From an uncultured Gemmatimonadales bacterium (GTDB lineage: Bacteria > Gemmatimonadota > Gemmatimonadetes > Longimicrobiales > Gaopeijiaceae): a stretch of 64,000 nt of DNA. Below the pieces are notes generated by a model, which saw only the letters and a list, made by a program, of their open reading frames with translations, was not told where the DNA came from and searched no databases. How positions within the stretch are numbered: the stretch's first letter is position 1; each line of letters begins with the position of its first letter. The position numbers were made by a program, and so were the translations under genes. Where the stretch lies: the NCBI GenBank assembly GCA_963823035.1, contig CAWGKG010000010.1, forward strand, positions 32,001-96,000, given 5' to 3'. Shown piece by piece: positions 29,994-41,767 of the stretch.

Positions 29994-30653
29994 ATGATGT
30001 TGGAGGCCAAGCTGCGGCCCCTGGTGGACCGCTTCGAGGTGTTCCTGGACGAGCCCATCCGGTTCCATAGCCGGATCCTGCTCGCCCTGCTGGTGATACC
30101 CCTGGTGCTGAGCTTCACGCAGCCCCTCTGGCGCATCAGCATGGAGGCACCGCAGTACCCTCAGGGCCTGTACATGGACGTGTACGCCTACAAGCTCGAG
30201 GGAGGGCACGACGGGCACGACATCCAGGAGATCAACGAGCTCAACCACTACATCGGGATGCGTCGCATCGCGCGGAGCGAGTTCGAGGACCTGGACTGGA
30301 TCCCCTTCGCGCTCGGGCTGCTCTCCATCCTGGCCCTGCGCGCGGCCGCCATCGGCAAGGTGCGCTCGCTCATCGACCTGAGCGTGCTCACCGCGTACGT
30401 CGGAGCGTTCTCCCTGGCCAGGTTCGTCTACAAGCTCTACGTGTTCGGGCACGATCTCGACCCGCACGCACCGGTGAACATCACCCCCTTCATGCCGGTG
30501 GTCCTGGGGTCGAAGCAGGTGGCCAACTTCACCACCCACTCGTGGCCGAGCTGGGGCACCGCGCTCATGTCGGTCTTCGCAGTCGGCGTCGTGCTCGTCG
30601 CCGCGTGGCACTGCTGGGTGGGCTACCGCGAGGCGTGGGGCCGCGCCGCGTAG
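29994..30653 (+). CDS. nosB: NosB-like membrane protein of clade II nos clusters
   Basis: PLWRISMEAPQYPQGL, INELNHYIGM, GHDLDP, GSKQVANF. Confidence 0.78.
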   Translation: MMLEAKLRPLVDRFEVFLDEPIRFHSRILLALLVIPLVLSFTQPLWRISMEAPQYPQGLYMDVYAYKLEGGHDGHDIQEINELNHYIGMRRIARSEFEDLDWIPFALGLLSILALRAAAIGKVRSLIDLSVLTAYVGAFSLARFVYKLYVFGHDLDPHAPVNITPFMPVVLGSKQVANFTTHSWPSWGTALMSVFAVGVVLVAAWHCWVGYREAWGRAA

Positions 30654-30707
30654 CGCGGCGGTATAAAGGGGTTCAGCTTCCGCACTCGAGGCGTCGGGGG
30701 GGGGACG

Positions 30708-32189
<1,482 letters not shown>

Positions 32190-32690
32190 CTACCTCCGTT
32201 CATCGTCCAGCGCGCGCAGCCTGCGCAGGATGCCGAGCGCGCTCTCTCCGGTGGCCATCTTCACGATCTGGTCGATGCGCTCCTGATCGGACGCGAACTT
32301 CTTCCGCAGGCGCGCCTGGTAGGCGTCCCTGAGGGTCTCGATGAGCTTGTCGAGTTCGTAGGGTTTGGGAAGGTAGCTGAACGCGCCGAGCTTGGTGAGC
32401 TCCACGGCGCTCTCCAGCGAGCCGTGCCCGGTGAGGATGATCGCCTCGAGGAACTGGTGCTCCGCCTTGAGGGCACGCAGCACCTGCCCCCCGTCCATCC
32501 CGGGCATCTTCAGGTCGAGGATGGCGATGTCGAAGCGCTCCTTCCTCGCCAGCTCGAGCGCCACCTCGCCGTTGGGCGCCGTGCGCACCTCGAAGCCACG
32601 CTTGGACAGCCTGGTCGCGATGGCCTGCAGGAAGCGCGTCTCGTCGTCCACGATGAGCAGCTTGATCACGTGCTCCATCGTCTGTTCCAT
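32190..32690 (-). CDS. Stand-alone receiver protein with a short helical tail
   Basis: LLIVDDE, DLKMPG, LTGHGS, PKP. Confidence 0.92.
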   Translation of the reverse strand: MEQTMEHVIKLLIVDDETRFLQAIATRLSKRGFEVRTAPNGEVALELARKERFDIAILDLKMPGMDGGQVLRALKAEHQFLEAIILTGHGSLESAVELTKLGAFSYLPKPYELDKLIETLRDAYQARLRKKFASDQERIDQIVKMATGESALGILRRLRALDDERR

Positions 32691-32705
32691 CGTCGTTCTC
32701 CTCGC

Positions 32706-34781
32706 TCAGACGGCGGGAAAGCCGAGCCAGAGCCAGTAGCCGAGTATCGCCCAGAACCACAGCACGGCGAAGCTGATGAGCAGCACGAAGAATCCGTGCT
32801 TGAAGAAGTCCGCGAGCGTGACGAGCTGCTCGCCGGTAGCCGGGTCCTTCGCCATCGCGTACACGAGCGCGTTGGACGGCGTGCCGATGATGAGCATGTG
32901 CGCGTACGACGACGCGTAGGCCGTCGAGAAGCCGACCATCCAGGGATGCGCCCCCGCCACCGTCGCCATGGGCACGGTCACGGGGCCGATCGCAGCCACC
33001 GTGGCGCCATCGCTCATGAAGTTCGTCGCCACCCCGGTGAAGAGCGACGAGGCGATCGCCAGCCCGGACCCGGTGCTCATGAAGTCGGGCAGGACGCTGA
33101 CGAAGCGGTCCGCGAGGAAGAGCGCGGCGCCCGTCGAGGCGAGCCCCGCGCCAATGGCCGTCGCGCCCGCGTAGAGGAGCACCACCTCCCAGTGGATGGA
33201 CTGCATGTCCCTCCACGGCAGGATGCGGAAGACGTTGAGCAGCACCAGGCCGAGCAGCACGGGCCCGCCCATGCCCAGCGAGCCGCTCGCCGTGATCCAC
33301 AGCGTCACCACCAGGAGGAGGACGGCCCCGGTCATGTACTCGGCGCGCGTCATGGGCCCGATCTTCTCGGCGGCCCGGCGGATCTCCGCCGCGACGTTCA
33401 GATGCGGGACGGCGACCTTCCGCTTCAGGAAGATTACGAAGTAGAGCCCCACGAAGAACGAGGTGACGGGCACCAGCGGCAGCCCGTACTTGACCCACTG
33501 CCCGAACGTCGGCGCGACGCCGTAGTCCGCGAGGATGCCGATCATGATGGCGTTCCGTCCGCCCGACGCCGGCGAGCCCGGTCCACCGGAGTTGGCGGCG
33601 TAGCAGAGCGCCAGCGCCAGGAGCACCATCAGCATGCGGTCCTTCTTGATGGCGTTCGTGCGCATCGCGGTGGCGTACACCATCACGAAGAGCGGCATCG
33701 TGAAGGCCACCAGCGCGTGCTCGCTGAAGAAGCCGCACGTGAGCGACAGCAGCGGCATGAACACGAGCAGGAACAGCGTCAGGTTGCGCGCGGGGGCCAG
33801 CAGGAGGAGGCCGATGCGCCGGTCGAGCCCCGTACGCGTGATCGCCTTGGACATGGCGAGCACGCCGAAGATGAAGAGCACCGCGTCCTTGGCGAACGCC
33901 TGCGCCACCCCGTCGGGCTTGAAGATGCCGAAGAAGTAGAGCGACGATGCCACGAACACCGTCGTCACGGCCACGGGGATCGCGCCCGTGGCCCAGAAGA
34001 GGGCCGCCACCGCGAGGGTAGCCAGCACGATCATCCCGCGCCGCGCCACTGCCTCGTCGGTCAGCGGCTCGGTCGTGCGCGTGCCGTCCGGGCGCACCAC
34101 CTCGTGCTCGAGCTTGTATTTCGACCCGTAGTAGCCGGCGATCGTCTGGCCTGGTCGCATGTCGCGGTAGGAGGCGTAGCCCATGATGGGATCGGGGGTC
34201 CCCGCGGTGGGCCCGACCGTCATTTCCGCGGGTGCCTTTGGCGTCGACACCAGCTCGACCAGGCGTGCCGGCGGCGCGGGGATCACCAGCGAGCAGAAGA
34301 GGGCGATCCCCAGGAGGATGAAGAGGGGCCTCGAGTTGTGATTGCCGAGGAACCAGCGGAGCGTGCTGCGCCGATCGTCGGGCTGGTGCGCGATCTCGTG
34401 GCGGGCCTTGGCGAAGGCGACCTCCTCCTTGGCTTCCTCGAGCACCGCGGCCAGCTCCTCCACATCGCAGGGCTTCTGCAGGTACTTGAAGGCCTCCAGC
34501 CGCCCGGCCTCCTTGGCCGAGTCCAGGCTGCCGTGACCCGTGAGCATCACGGCCTGGATCGCCGGGTTGAAGGCGCGCAGCTCCTTGAGCGTCTGGATTC
34601 CGTCCATCCCGGGCATGCGCAGGTCGAGCACCGCGATGTCGATCTGGCCGTCCTGGCGCACGCGCCGCACGGCCTCCTCGCCGTTCGCGACGTCCACCAC
34701 GTCGTAGCCACGCGCGCGTAGGCGCTTGGCGAGCGAAGTGCGGAAGCGCTCCTCGTCGTCCACGAAAAGCACCTTCGACAT
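32706..34781 (-). CDS. Receiver domain fused to an SLC13/DASS permease
   Basis: One uninterrupted 691-aa ORF: VLFVDDE...DLRMPG...QKP, then FWATGAIP, TGLDRRI, GGRNA, GTPSNALVY. Confidence 0.9.
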   Translation of the reverse strand: MSKVLFVDDEERFRTSLAKRLRARGYDVVDVANGEEAVRRVRQDGQIDIAVLDLRMPGMDGIQTLKELRAFNPAIQAVMLTGHGSLDSAKEAGRLEAFKYLQKPCDVEELAAVLEEAKEEVAFAKARHEIAHQPDDRRSTLRWFLGNHNSRPLFILLGIALFCSLVIPAPPARLVELVSTPKAPAEMTVGPTAGTPDPIMGYASYRDMRPGQTIAGYYGSKYKLEHEVVRPDGTRTTEPLTDEAVARRGMIVLATLAVAALFWATGAIPVAVTTVFVASSLYFFGIFKPDGVAQAFAKDAVLFIFGVLAMSKAITRTGLDRRIGLLLLAPARNLTLFLLVFMPLLSLTCGFFSEHALVAFTMPLFVMVYATAMRTNAIKKDRMLMVLLALALCYAANSGGPGSPASGGRNAIMIGILADYGVAPTFGQWVKYGLPLVPVTSFFVGLYFVIFLKRKVAVPHLNVAAEIRRAAEKIGPMTRAEYMTGAVLLLVVTLWITASGSLGMGGPVLLGLVLLNVFRILPWRDMQSIHWEVVLLYAGATAIGAGLASTGAALFLADRFVSVLPDFMSTGSGLAIASSLFTGVATNFMSDGATVAAIGPVTVPMATVAGAHPWMVGFSTAYASSYAHMLIIGTPSNALVYAMAKDPATGEQLVTLADFFKHGFFVLLISFAVLWFWAILGYWLWLGFPAV

Positions 34782-34785
34782 CGGA

Positions 34786-35349
34786 TCACCCGTTCCTTTG
34801 ATCGAGGCACTCCCCCTGCATGATCTGGCGGGAGAGCTCGTCGAAGAGGTCGCTGAGGCGGAGGATGCCCACCGTCCGGCCGCGGCGGGTCACCAGGAGT
34901 GAGAGGGTCTGGTGGTGCAGGAAGACGGGGATGGCGTCGGAGACGGACGCCTTCTCGTCGATGCCCACGGTGGCGTATGTGCAGACGTCCCGGACGACGA
35001 CGCTGCGGGCACGCTCGCACAGGTCGAGCAGGTCGCCGGTGAGGAAGTCGAGCATCCGCATCGAGGAGTCGCGCAGGGCGTCGTCCACGCCCGCGCGGTC
35101 GAACAGCGCCTGGGTGTCGCGTGCCTTCTTGTCGGGCACCAGGGCACGCAGGAAGGCGAAGTGGTGGAACTTCCCGACGATCGTGCCCCTTCGATCGCGC
35201 ACCAGAATCGCCCGGTGCGGTTGGCGGCCGGGGTCGAGCTTCTCCTGCGACGACTGCAACGCGCGCAACGCCTCCAGGACGGTGGCGTCCTCGTCCACGA
35301 CGGCGTACTCCTCCAGCGGAACCATGATGTCCGCGACCCCGATGCCCAT
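34786..35349 (-). CDS. CBS-pair protein
   Basis: VADIMVPLEEY...; VGILRLSDLF. Paralogue of 21381-21932. Confidence 0.87.
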   Translation of the reverse strand: MGIGVADIMVPLEEYAVVDEDATVLEALRALQSSQEKLDPGRQPHRAILVRDRRGTIVGKFHHFAFLRALVPDKKARDTQALFDRAGVDDALRDSSMRMLDFLTGDLLDLCERARSVVVRDVCTYATVGIDEKASVSDAIPVFLHHQTLSLLVTRRGRTVGILRLSDLFDELSRQIMQGECLDQRNG

Positions 35350-35367
35350 CGCGATCCTCCTGCTTCC

Positions 35368-37059
35368 TCAGGCCTCCTGGGCCAGAGGAAGCTCCACGGT
35401 GAACGTGCTACCCTTGCCCGGCGCGCTGACCACGTAGAAGGCGCCTCCCAGGCTCCGGATGATCGTGTAGCTGACGCTCAGGCCGAGTCCGGTGCCCTTG
35501 CCCGGCTCCTTCGTCGTGAAGAACGGCATGAAGACCTTGTCGAGCTGCTCGGGCGGCATGCCGCAGCCCGTGTCGCGAACGGAGACCCGCGCCTTCTCGC
35601 CGACGAGCTGCGTCGTGACCGTCAGCCGGCCGCCTCCGGACATGGCGTCCATCGCGTTCTTCACGAGGTTCACGAACACCTGCACGAGTTGGTTGCGATC
35701 GGTCGGGACGTGGGGGATGCGCGCGTCGAAGTGGCGCTCGACCGCCACGTTGGACATCGCCAGCTCGTTTCCCAGCAGCTCGTCCAGCACCTCGTCGAGG
35801 ATGTCGTGCAGGTCGTGCGGCTCGACCCTCACCTCCTTCTGCCGGACGAAGGTCAGCAGCTTGCGCGTGATGTCACGGCAGCGGAAGACCGCGTCGTGGA
35901 TCGCGCCGAGGTGCTCGTCGACGTCCAGCTCCTCTTCGTCGTCGGGGAGCTCGGGATCCATCGAGTCGCGCAGGAGACCGACCTCCTCCGCGATGATGGC
36001 CAGTGGGTTGTTGATCTCGTGCGCGATGCCCGCGGCCAGCTCGCCGACCGAGGCCAGCTTGGCGGCGTGCACGAGCTGTCCGGACAGCTCGGCCTCGTGC
36101 CGTTCCGTGGCCAGGTGCTCCCCCACCACCTGCCGCGTGCGGACGAGGATCACCACCCCCATGAAGAGGAAGGCGGCGAGCGTGACCAGAGAGATCCACG
36201 GTCCAGAGCCCGTCGTGCCCTCGCCGAGCCCGCGCGCGTCGATGACCACCAGCGCCCATGGCGTCTCGCTCAGCCATGCGTAGGCGTAGTCGGGCCTCGC
36301 CGAGGCGCGCCGCCGTGGCACGAAGCCGCGCGGTGGCCGCGCCGGCGGCACGAAATCGGAGGGCTCCAGCGACGCTCCGACGCGCGACGTCGACAGCTGC
36401 AACACGCCGTCGCCGTTCACGACCGCGGCGTGCACCTCGCTGGCACCCTCCAGCGTCGCGAGGTATTCGGCCAGTCGCTCCGGCGACAGCGCGGCGCGCA
36501 GGATGCGTGCGCCCGGGCCCTCCCCCCGGCGCACGGCGATGGTGAAGTGCGGCCGTCCGCGGAAGCCGAGGTAGATCTCGGTGATCACCGACTCCGGTTC
36601 CAGGAGGCACAGCTCCTGGAACCACGGCTCGTCGGCGTAGTCCACGGGGGCGGCGTACCGGACGGGCCCCGCATACGCCGTGAGGGTTCCGTATCCGTCC
36701 ACGACGCCGAGGTCGACGAATGCGTCGCTGGCCCGCTGCAGCTCGGCCAGGACGCCCTCGAGAGCCGCTCCCGCGTCGAAACGCGGATCGCGGTTGATGT
36801 TGTCGAGGTTGACCAGGCGCTCGCGAAGGAAGAGGTCGAAGGTGTTGGCCTGGTGCTCGGCCAACGCCTCCAGGTGCGCCCGCAGGCTGTCCCGCTGCAC
36901 GTGGCGGTATTGCAGCTGGAAGAAGACCGCGAGGAGGAGGAGGGGGACGAAGTAGAGGAGGAGGAGCCGACCCAGCGTGTGCCAGAACAGCTCCCGCACG
37001 TGACCGTCCCGGTCACCGGGGGAGTAGCTCGGGTCGGGGCCCGACGGATCGGCGGCCAT
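35368..37059 (-). CDS. Membrane sensor histidine kinase with a Cache-like domain
   Basis: Two TM helices, AHEINNP, DTGCGM, FFTTK, GTGLGL. Paralogue of 18831-20537 (FVDLG, YAGP, PHF). Confidence 0.93.
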   Translation of the reverse strand: MAADPSGPDPSYSPGDRDGHVRELFWHTLGRLLLLYFVPLLLLAVFFQLQYRHVQRDSLRAHLEALAEHQANTFDLFLRERLVNLDNINRDPRFDAGAALEGVLAELQRASDAFVDLGVVDGYGTLTAYAGPVRYAAPVDYADEPWFQELCLLEPESVITEIYLGFRGRPHFTIAVRRGEGPGARILRAALSPERLAEYLATLEGASEVHAAVVNGDGVLQLSTSRVGASLEPSDFVPPARPPRGFVPRRRASARPDYAYAWLSETPWALVVIDARGLGEGTTGSGPWISLVTLAAFLFMGVVILVRTRQVVGEHLATERHEAELSGQLVHAAKLASVGELAAGIAHEINNPLAIIAEEVGLLRDSMDPELPDDEEELDVDEHLGAIHDAVFRCRDITRKLLTFVRQKEVRVEPHDLHDILDEVLDELLGNELAMSNVAVERHFDARIPHVPTDRNQLVQVFVNLVKNAMDAMSGGGRLTVTTQLVGEKARVSVRDTGCGMPPEQLDKVFMPFFTTKEPGKGTGLGLSVSYTIIRSLGGAFYVVSAPGKGSTFTVELPLAQEA

Positions 37060-37276
37060 ACGTGGTTCGACGCACCTCGGCCGCGCACCCGTAGTGGCGA
37101 CCGGAAGCCCTGTACACGGATCAGAGACGCCCGTGGCCGCCCGCCGTTGCCCCGGGAGGGTAATCGTGATAAAAATATCGAATTCTGGGTCCGCCAAGAA
37201 GGGCGCGGGGCACCTGCGCACCGCCGGCACACTAGATTGCAGGTTCACCCGAGGCTCCGACCGCTCCGGAGACGAC

Positions 37277-37833
37277 ATGACCGGCGACCCCACCGCCTTC
37301 CAGGACCACTACCCCGACGACGTCGCCCACTGCTACGGCTGTGGTCGCTTGAACGAGCGGGGGCACCAGCTACGGAGCTTCTGGGAGGGCGACGAAACCG
37401 TCGCCCACTTCACCCCGAGCGCCTGGCATACGGCCATCCCGGGCTACGTGTACGGGGGCCTGCGACGAAATGTGGGCGTCCACCAGTACATGTACTTCCA
37501 CTTCCATCGCGCTCCCTGATCGACTGCCACGGGACTCAGGAACGGCCTCCGCGGTGGGCGCGCGCACGGTGGGCTGGCGGCCTGGGCGAGGAGTCGGCGC
37601 CCGCTGGAAAGGAGGCGCCGCGCTATGTGACGGCGTCGCTGCAGGTGAGCTATCTGAAGCCGACTCCCCCTCGGGCCTGGAGCCCACCGTCCGGGGGGTG
37701 GTCGAGGAGGCGGACGAGGCGCGCGGGAGCCGAAAGGTGGTGACGCGTGTCACGGTCGAGGCGGAGGGCGTGGTCGACGGCCGAAGGTCGGGTGGTCGCC
37801 GTGCGCATGCCGGAGTCCCTCGTGCGGGGGTGA
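37277..37833 (+). pseudogene. PaaI-like hotdog-fold thioesterase, disrupted (real lesion or assembly error)
   Basis: CYGCG...YVYGGL, a 43-nt insert, then SLIDCHG and YVTASLQVSYLKPTP in other frames. Confidence 0.75.
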
Positions 37834-37863
37834 AGCGGGGGCCCGGGCTGTTCGCTGTCCAGG

Positions 37864-38388
37864 TCATCGCGCGCCCAGCCTGTCCAGCAGCCGGATCTGG
37901 CCGGCGTGGTAGGCGTCGTGGAGCGCCAGGCCGAGCAGCTCCGACCCGATGGAACGGCTCTTCCCGGGTCGGCAACGGCGCAGCGCCCCGGCCGGCATTC
38001 CTTCGATCGCAGCCACGAGGCGCTCCTGGTACGCTCGGAGCATCGCCCGGTCGCGCTTCCAGGCAGCCTCGCTCAACTCCTTCGGGAGTTCGGGGAACCA
38101 CGACTTTCGCAGCTTGCGCGGGAACGATGGCACCTCCACCTCGTGGAACCGTCGTACCCTGAGCAGGAGGCTGTGGCGAGCGTACGCCAGATGGAGCGCC
38201 AGCTCCCAGATCGTGTTCCGTCCCGGCGCGGGGCGAGCGGCCGCCCGCGCTGCGGAGATGCCGCGGAGCGCGACGGCCACCGACGGACCGTGCCAGGCGG
38301 GCCCGGCGTAGGCCTCGCGGAGGGAGCGCAGGATCGTCGCCCCGTCGGGTGACGCTGCCGTCGCGGGTTCCTTCCTTCCGGTGCTCAT
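37864..38388 (-). CDS. DinB-family protein
   Basis: AWHGPS, TIWELALH, HDAYHAGQI. Confidence 0.88.
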   Translation of the reverse strand: MSTGRKEPATAASPDGATILRSLREAYAGPAWHGPSVAVALRGISAARAAARPAPGRNTIWELALHLAYARHSLLLRVRRFHEVEVPSFPRKLRKSWFPELPKELSEAAWKRDRAMLRAYQERLVAAIEGMPAGALRRCRPGKSRSIGSELLGLALHDAYHAGQIRLLDRLGAR

Positions 38389-38406
38389 CGTGGCTCCTGG
38401 GTGGGC

Positions 38407-38440
38407 ATGTAACCGTGTTGACTGATATAAACGGTTACAT
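38407..38440. promoter_or_regulatory. Perfect 10-bp inverted repeat upstream of the DinB-family gene
   Basis: ATGTAACCGT-N14-ACGGTTACAT. Confidence 0.55.
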
Positions 38441-38635
38441 CGTGCACGAGCGGGGATCACCTGTCAACGACAGGCTCCATCCAGGCGCCTCGTAATCCCG
38501 CCGGCCGAGCGCCGTACCCCGAGAAGGAGGGCTCCCCGGAAAGGCTGGCGCACCGGGGGCCGAACCATCATCCTGCCACGGCAACGGCCGCCGCGCCCTG
38601 CGCTGCGCGGCGCCAACATCAAGAGAGGGATGCCC

Positions 38636-39037
38636 ATGCGATCCGTGAGTGTGAACCGTCGTGTCGTGCTCGTGCTGGGCCTCGTCCTGGCACTCGGCGC
38701 GTGTGCGGGCGGTGGGGGGGCCGGTGGAGCCGGCCGGGGCTCGTCCACCCGCCTGACCGAGGCGGACATCGAGAATGACCAAAGCCTCGACCTGTACTCC
38801 ATCATCCAGCGACGCCGACCGCAGTGGCTCCGGGTCCGCGGCGCCGTCACCACCTCGGGTCCGGTGACCATCGCGGTGATCATCGACGGGACGCGCCAGC
38901 AGGGGAGCGTCGATCTTCTACGCTCCATGCGTGGCGGTGAGGTGCAGGAGGTGCGCTTCATGAGCGCGAGCGACGCGACCACCCGCTACGGCACCGACAT
39001 GACCGGCGGGGCCATCGTGATCGTCACGAAGCACTAG
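38636..39037 (+). CDS. Small lipoprotein with a TonB-plug-like domain
   Basis: LGAC lipobox, RPQWL, DATTRYGT...GGAIVIVTK. Confidence 0.75.
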   Translation: MRSVSVNRRVVLVLGLVLALGACAGGGGAGGAGRGSSTRLTEADIENDQSLDLYSIIQRRRPQWLRVRGAVTTSGPVTIAVIIDGTRQQGSVDLLRSMRGGEVQEVRFMSASDATTRYGTDMTGGAIVIVTKH

Positions 39038-39094
39038 GGCGCCCGACGCCCGGTGGCTGCGTCCGGGTGGCGAGCGGCCGCCCGACGCGGTGCC

Positions 39095-41767
39095 TCACTC
39101 GGACCGCAGGGCGTGCGAGGGGTCCACGCCGGCCGCGCGCATCGCGGGTAACCAGCTCGCGGCGGTGGCCACGGCGATGAGCGCGAGCGCGACGGCACCG
39201 TACGTCAGCGGGTCGGTCGCGCTGATGCCGAAGAGGATCGTCGACAACAGCGAGCTCATCAGCGCCGCTGCCACCAGCCCCACGGCGACGCCCGCCCCGG
39301 CGAGCGCGAGCCCCTGACGGACGACCATCCCCCGTACGAGCGTGCCGGAGGCGCCGAGCGCCATGCGCACGCCGATCTCGCGGGTGCGCTGCGACACGAT
39401 GTACGAGATCACACCGTAGATCCCGACCAGGCCGAGGATCAGCGCGATCCCCGACGCGGCGGCCAGGAGGGCCATCGTGAAGGAGGTGCGCGCGGTCGCG
39501 CCGATGAAGACGTCCTCCATCGTGCGTGGATTCGCCAGGGGGATGCGCGCGTTGAGGTCGCGTAGCTCGCGCCTCAACACCGGCACGAACTGGAGCGGCG
39601 AGCCCGCCGTGCGCACCACCACGTCGAACGTCCGGCTCACGAAGGGATGGGCGGCCGTCCCGAAGGTGGGCGGGAAGTAGACCATCTCGCCGGGCGGACT
39701 CTCGAGGTTGTCGATGTGCACGTCCCCGACGACGCCGACGATCTCCCACCAATCTTCGTCCGGGAATCCCGATCGCAGACGCCTCCCGATGGGGCTCGCG
39801 TCCGGCCACCAGTGCTGGGCGAAGGCCTTGCCGACGACCACCGCGCGCGTGCCGGTCGCCCCGTCGTCGCGCTGGAAGGTGCGGCCTTCGAGGACGGGGA
39901 TGCCCATGGCCTGGAAGTAGCCCGGCCCCGCGCTTCCCTGGTTCGCGAACACGGGGAGCTCCCCCTCCGCCCGCGGCTGGTCTTCGACCTCGATGGTCCC
40001 GAAGCTGACGCCGCCGGAGAGGGGTACGCGGCCCACGAGCCCGGCTGCCTCGACGCCGGCCTGCCTTGCGAGGCGATCCTGGAGCTGGAGGAACAAGTCG
40101 GCCGTCTCGGTCGTGCCCGGGATCTCGGCGCTCGGCACGGACAGCCGCGCCGTGAGCACGCCGTCGGGACGGAAGCCGGGGTCCACGGCCCGCAGCGCCA
40201 CGAAGGAGCGGAACATCAGCCCGGACCCCACCAGCAGCACGAGGGCAAGGGCCACCTGCACGACCACGAGCGTGTTGCGCAGGCGATGGCGCTCGCGCCC
40301 GGTGGTGCCGCCGCGCGCACCGCCCTCGCGCAGCTGGTTCGCCAGGTCGGCCGTGCCGTAGCGCAGGAGGGGGAAGAGCGCGAAGAAGAACGCGCACCCC
40401 AGCGAGACGAGCGCCGAGAAGCCGAGCACGCGCAGGTCGACGCCGACCTCCGCCATGCGCGGGATGTCGGTGGGCACCACGCCGACGGAGAGCCGCACCG
40501 CGAGCGCGGCGACGGCCACGCCCAGGGCGCCGCCGGCGGCGGCCAGCACGAGGCTCTCCCCCAGGAAGGCGCGCAGCACCTGCGCGCGTCCGGCACCGAC
40601 CGCGACGCGCAGCGCCACCTCGCGCTGACGTCCCTCCGCCCGCACCAGAAGGAGGTTCGCGACGTTCGCGCAGGCGATCAGCAGCACGAAGCCCACCGTG
40701 CCGAGGAGGATCCAGAGGGTGCGGCCGACGTCGCCGACGACGGCCTCCTTGAGGGGGCGGACCACCGCCTTGAGGTTCACCTGCTTGAGGAACGCGGCTT
40801 CGTCGGCGGGACGCGTAGTCGGCGAGCCGGTCCACGATTCCCTGGAGCTCGGTGCCCGCGCCCTGCGCGCTCGCGCTCGCCGTGAGGCGCGCGATCGCCG
40901 CCGGCGCCGAACGCCGCCGTACGACACCTGAGCCGGATCGACCACGTACGGGCAGCCACGCCTGGGCGTCGCGGGTCGGGTGGCCGAAGTCGGGGGGCAT
41001 GACGCCCACGACCCGCCGGCTCGCGCCGTTCATGTCGAGCGTGCGTCCGACCACGGCGGGATCCGCGCCGAAGTCGCGCCGCCAGAGCCCGTCGCTCAGC
41101 ACGACCACCTGCTCGCCGTCGGGCGCGCCCTCCTCCTCGGTGAAGGTGCGGCCCGAGCTGCGCCTCGACGCCGAGCACCTGGAAGAAGGACGGCGTCACC
41201 ACCTGCGCCGGGATGCGCTCGGGCTCGCCGTCGCCGACCAGGTTCACCACCGTCTGCTGGTACATCGCGATCGACGCCAACGAGGGCGCTTGCTCGCGGT
41301 AGGTCAGGTAGAGGCCGTCGGAGATCGGCAGCTCATCCTGCGCCGTCGCGCCCCAGGTGCTCGATGGCCAGGAGGCGGTCCGGACGCGGGGAAGGGGAGC
41401 GGGCGGATGAGCACTCCGTCCACCAGCGTGAACACGGCCGTGGTGGCGCCGATCCCGAGCGCCAGCGTGACCACGGCGATCGTCGTGAACGAGGCGTGGC
41501 GCACCAGTCCGCGCAGCGCGTACCTCAGGTCGTTGAGCAGGCCCGTCATCTTCATCGTCTCCTTCCGCTCCCACAGGGCGTCGATCCAACAGGTCAGGAT
41601 GCGTGCGCGCAGCCGCAGCGTCGCGAGGCGCGACGACCGCCCGCTGCGCAAGAGGGTCTTCCAAGCGTAGGCGGCTCCGCCTCCCATTCGCGTCGCCACG
41701 CTTCGCGGCGGGCGGGCGGTACCAGGTTGGAGGCGGCCGCGATCAGCCGCAGGCCGGGCGTGTCCAT
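39095..41767 (-). CDS. ADOP-type duplicated ABC permease (MacB/FtsX-like; several frameshifts)
   Basis: DLRYALRGL, LALGIGATTAVF, LIACANVANLLL, QRTREIGVRMALGA, DPSHALRSE. Confidence 0.9.

Noticed and set aside
37160..37185. AT-rich GATA-N4-TATC patch as an FNR or Rex site
   Set aside because: Only 4-bp arms and a poor match to either consensus. Probably just promoter sequence.
38545..38559. Additional GG-N10-GC match as a sigma-54 promoter
   Set aside because: Lacks the TTGC/CTGC context and any enhancer sites. Such matches are frequent by chance at this GC content.
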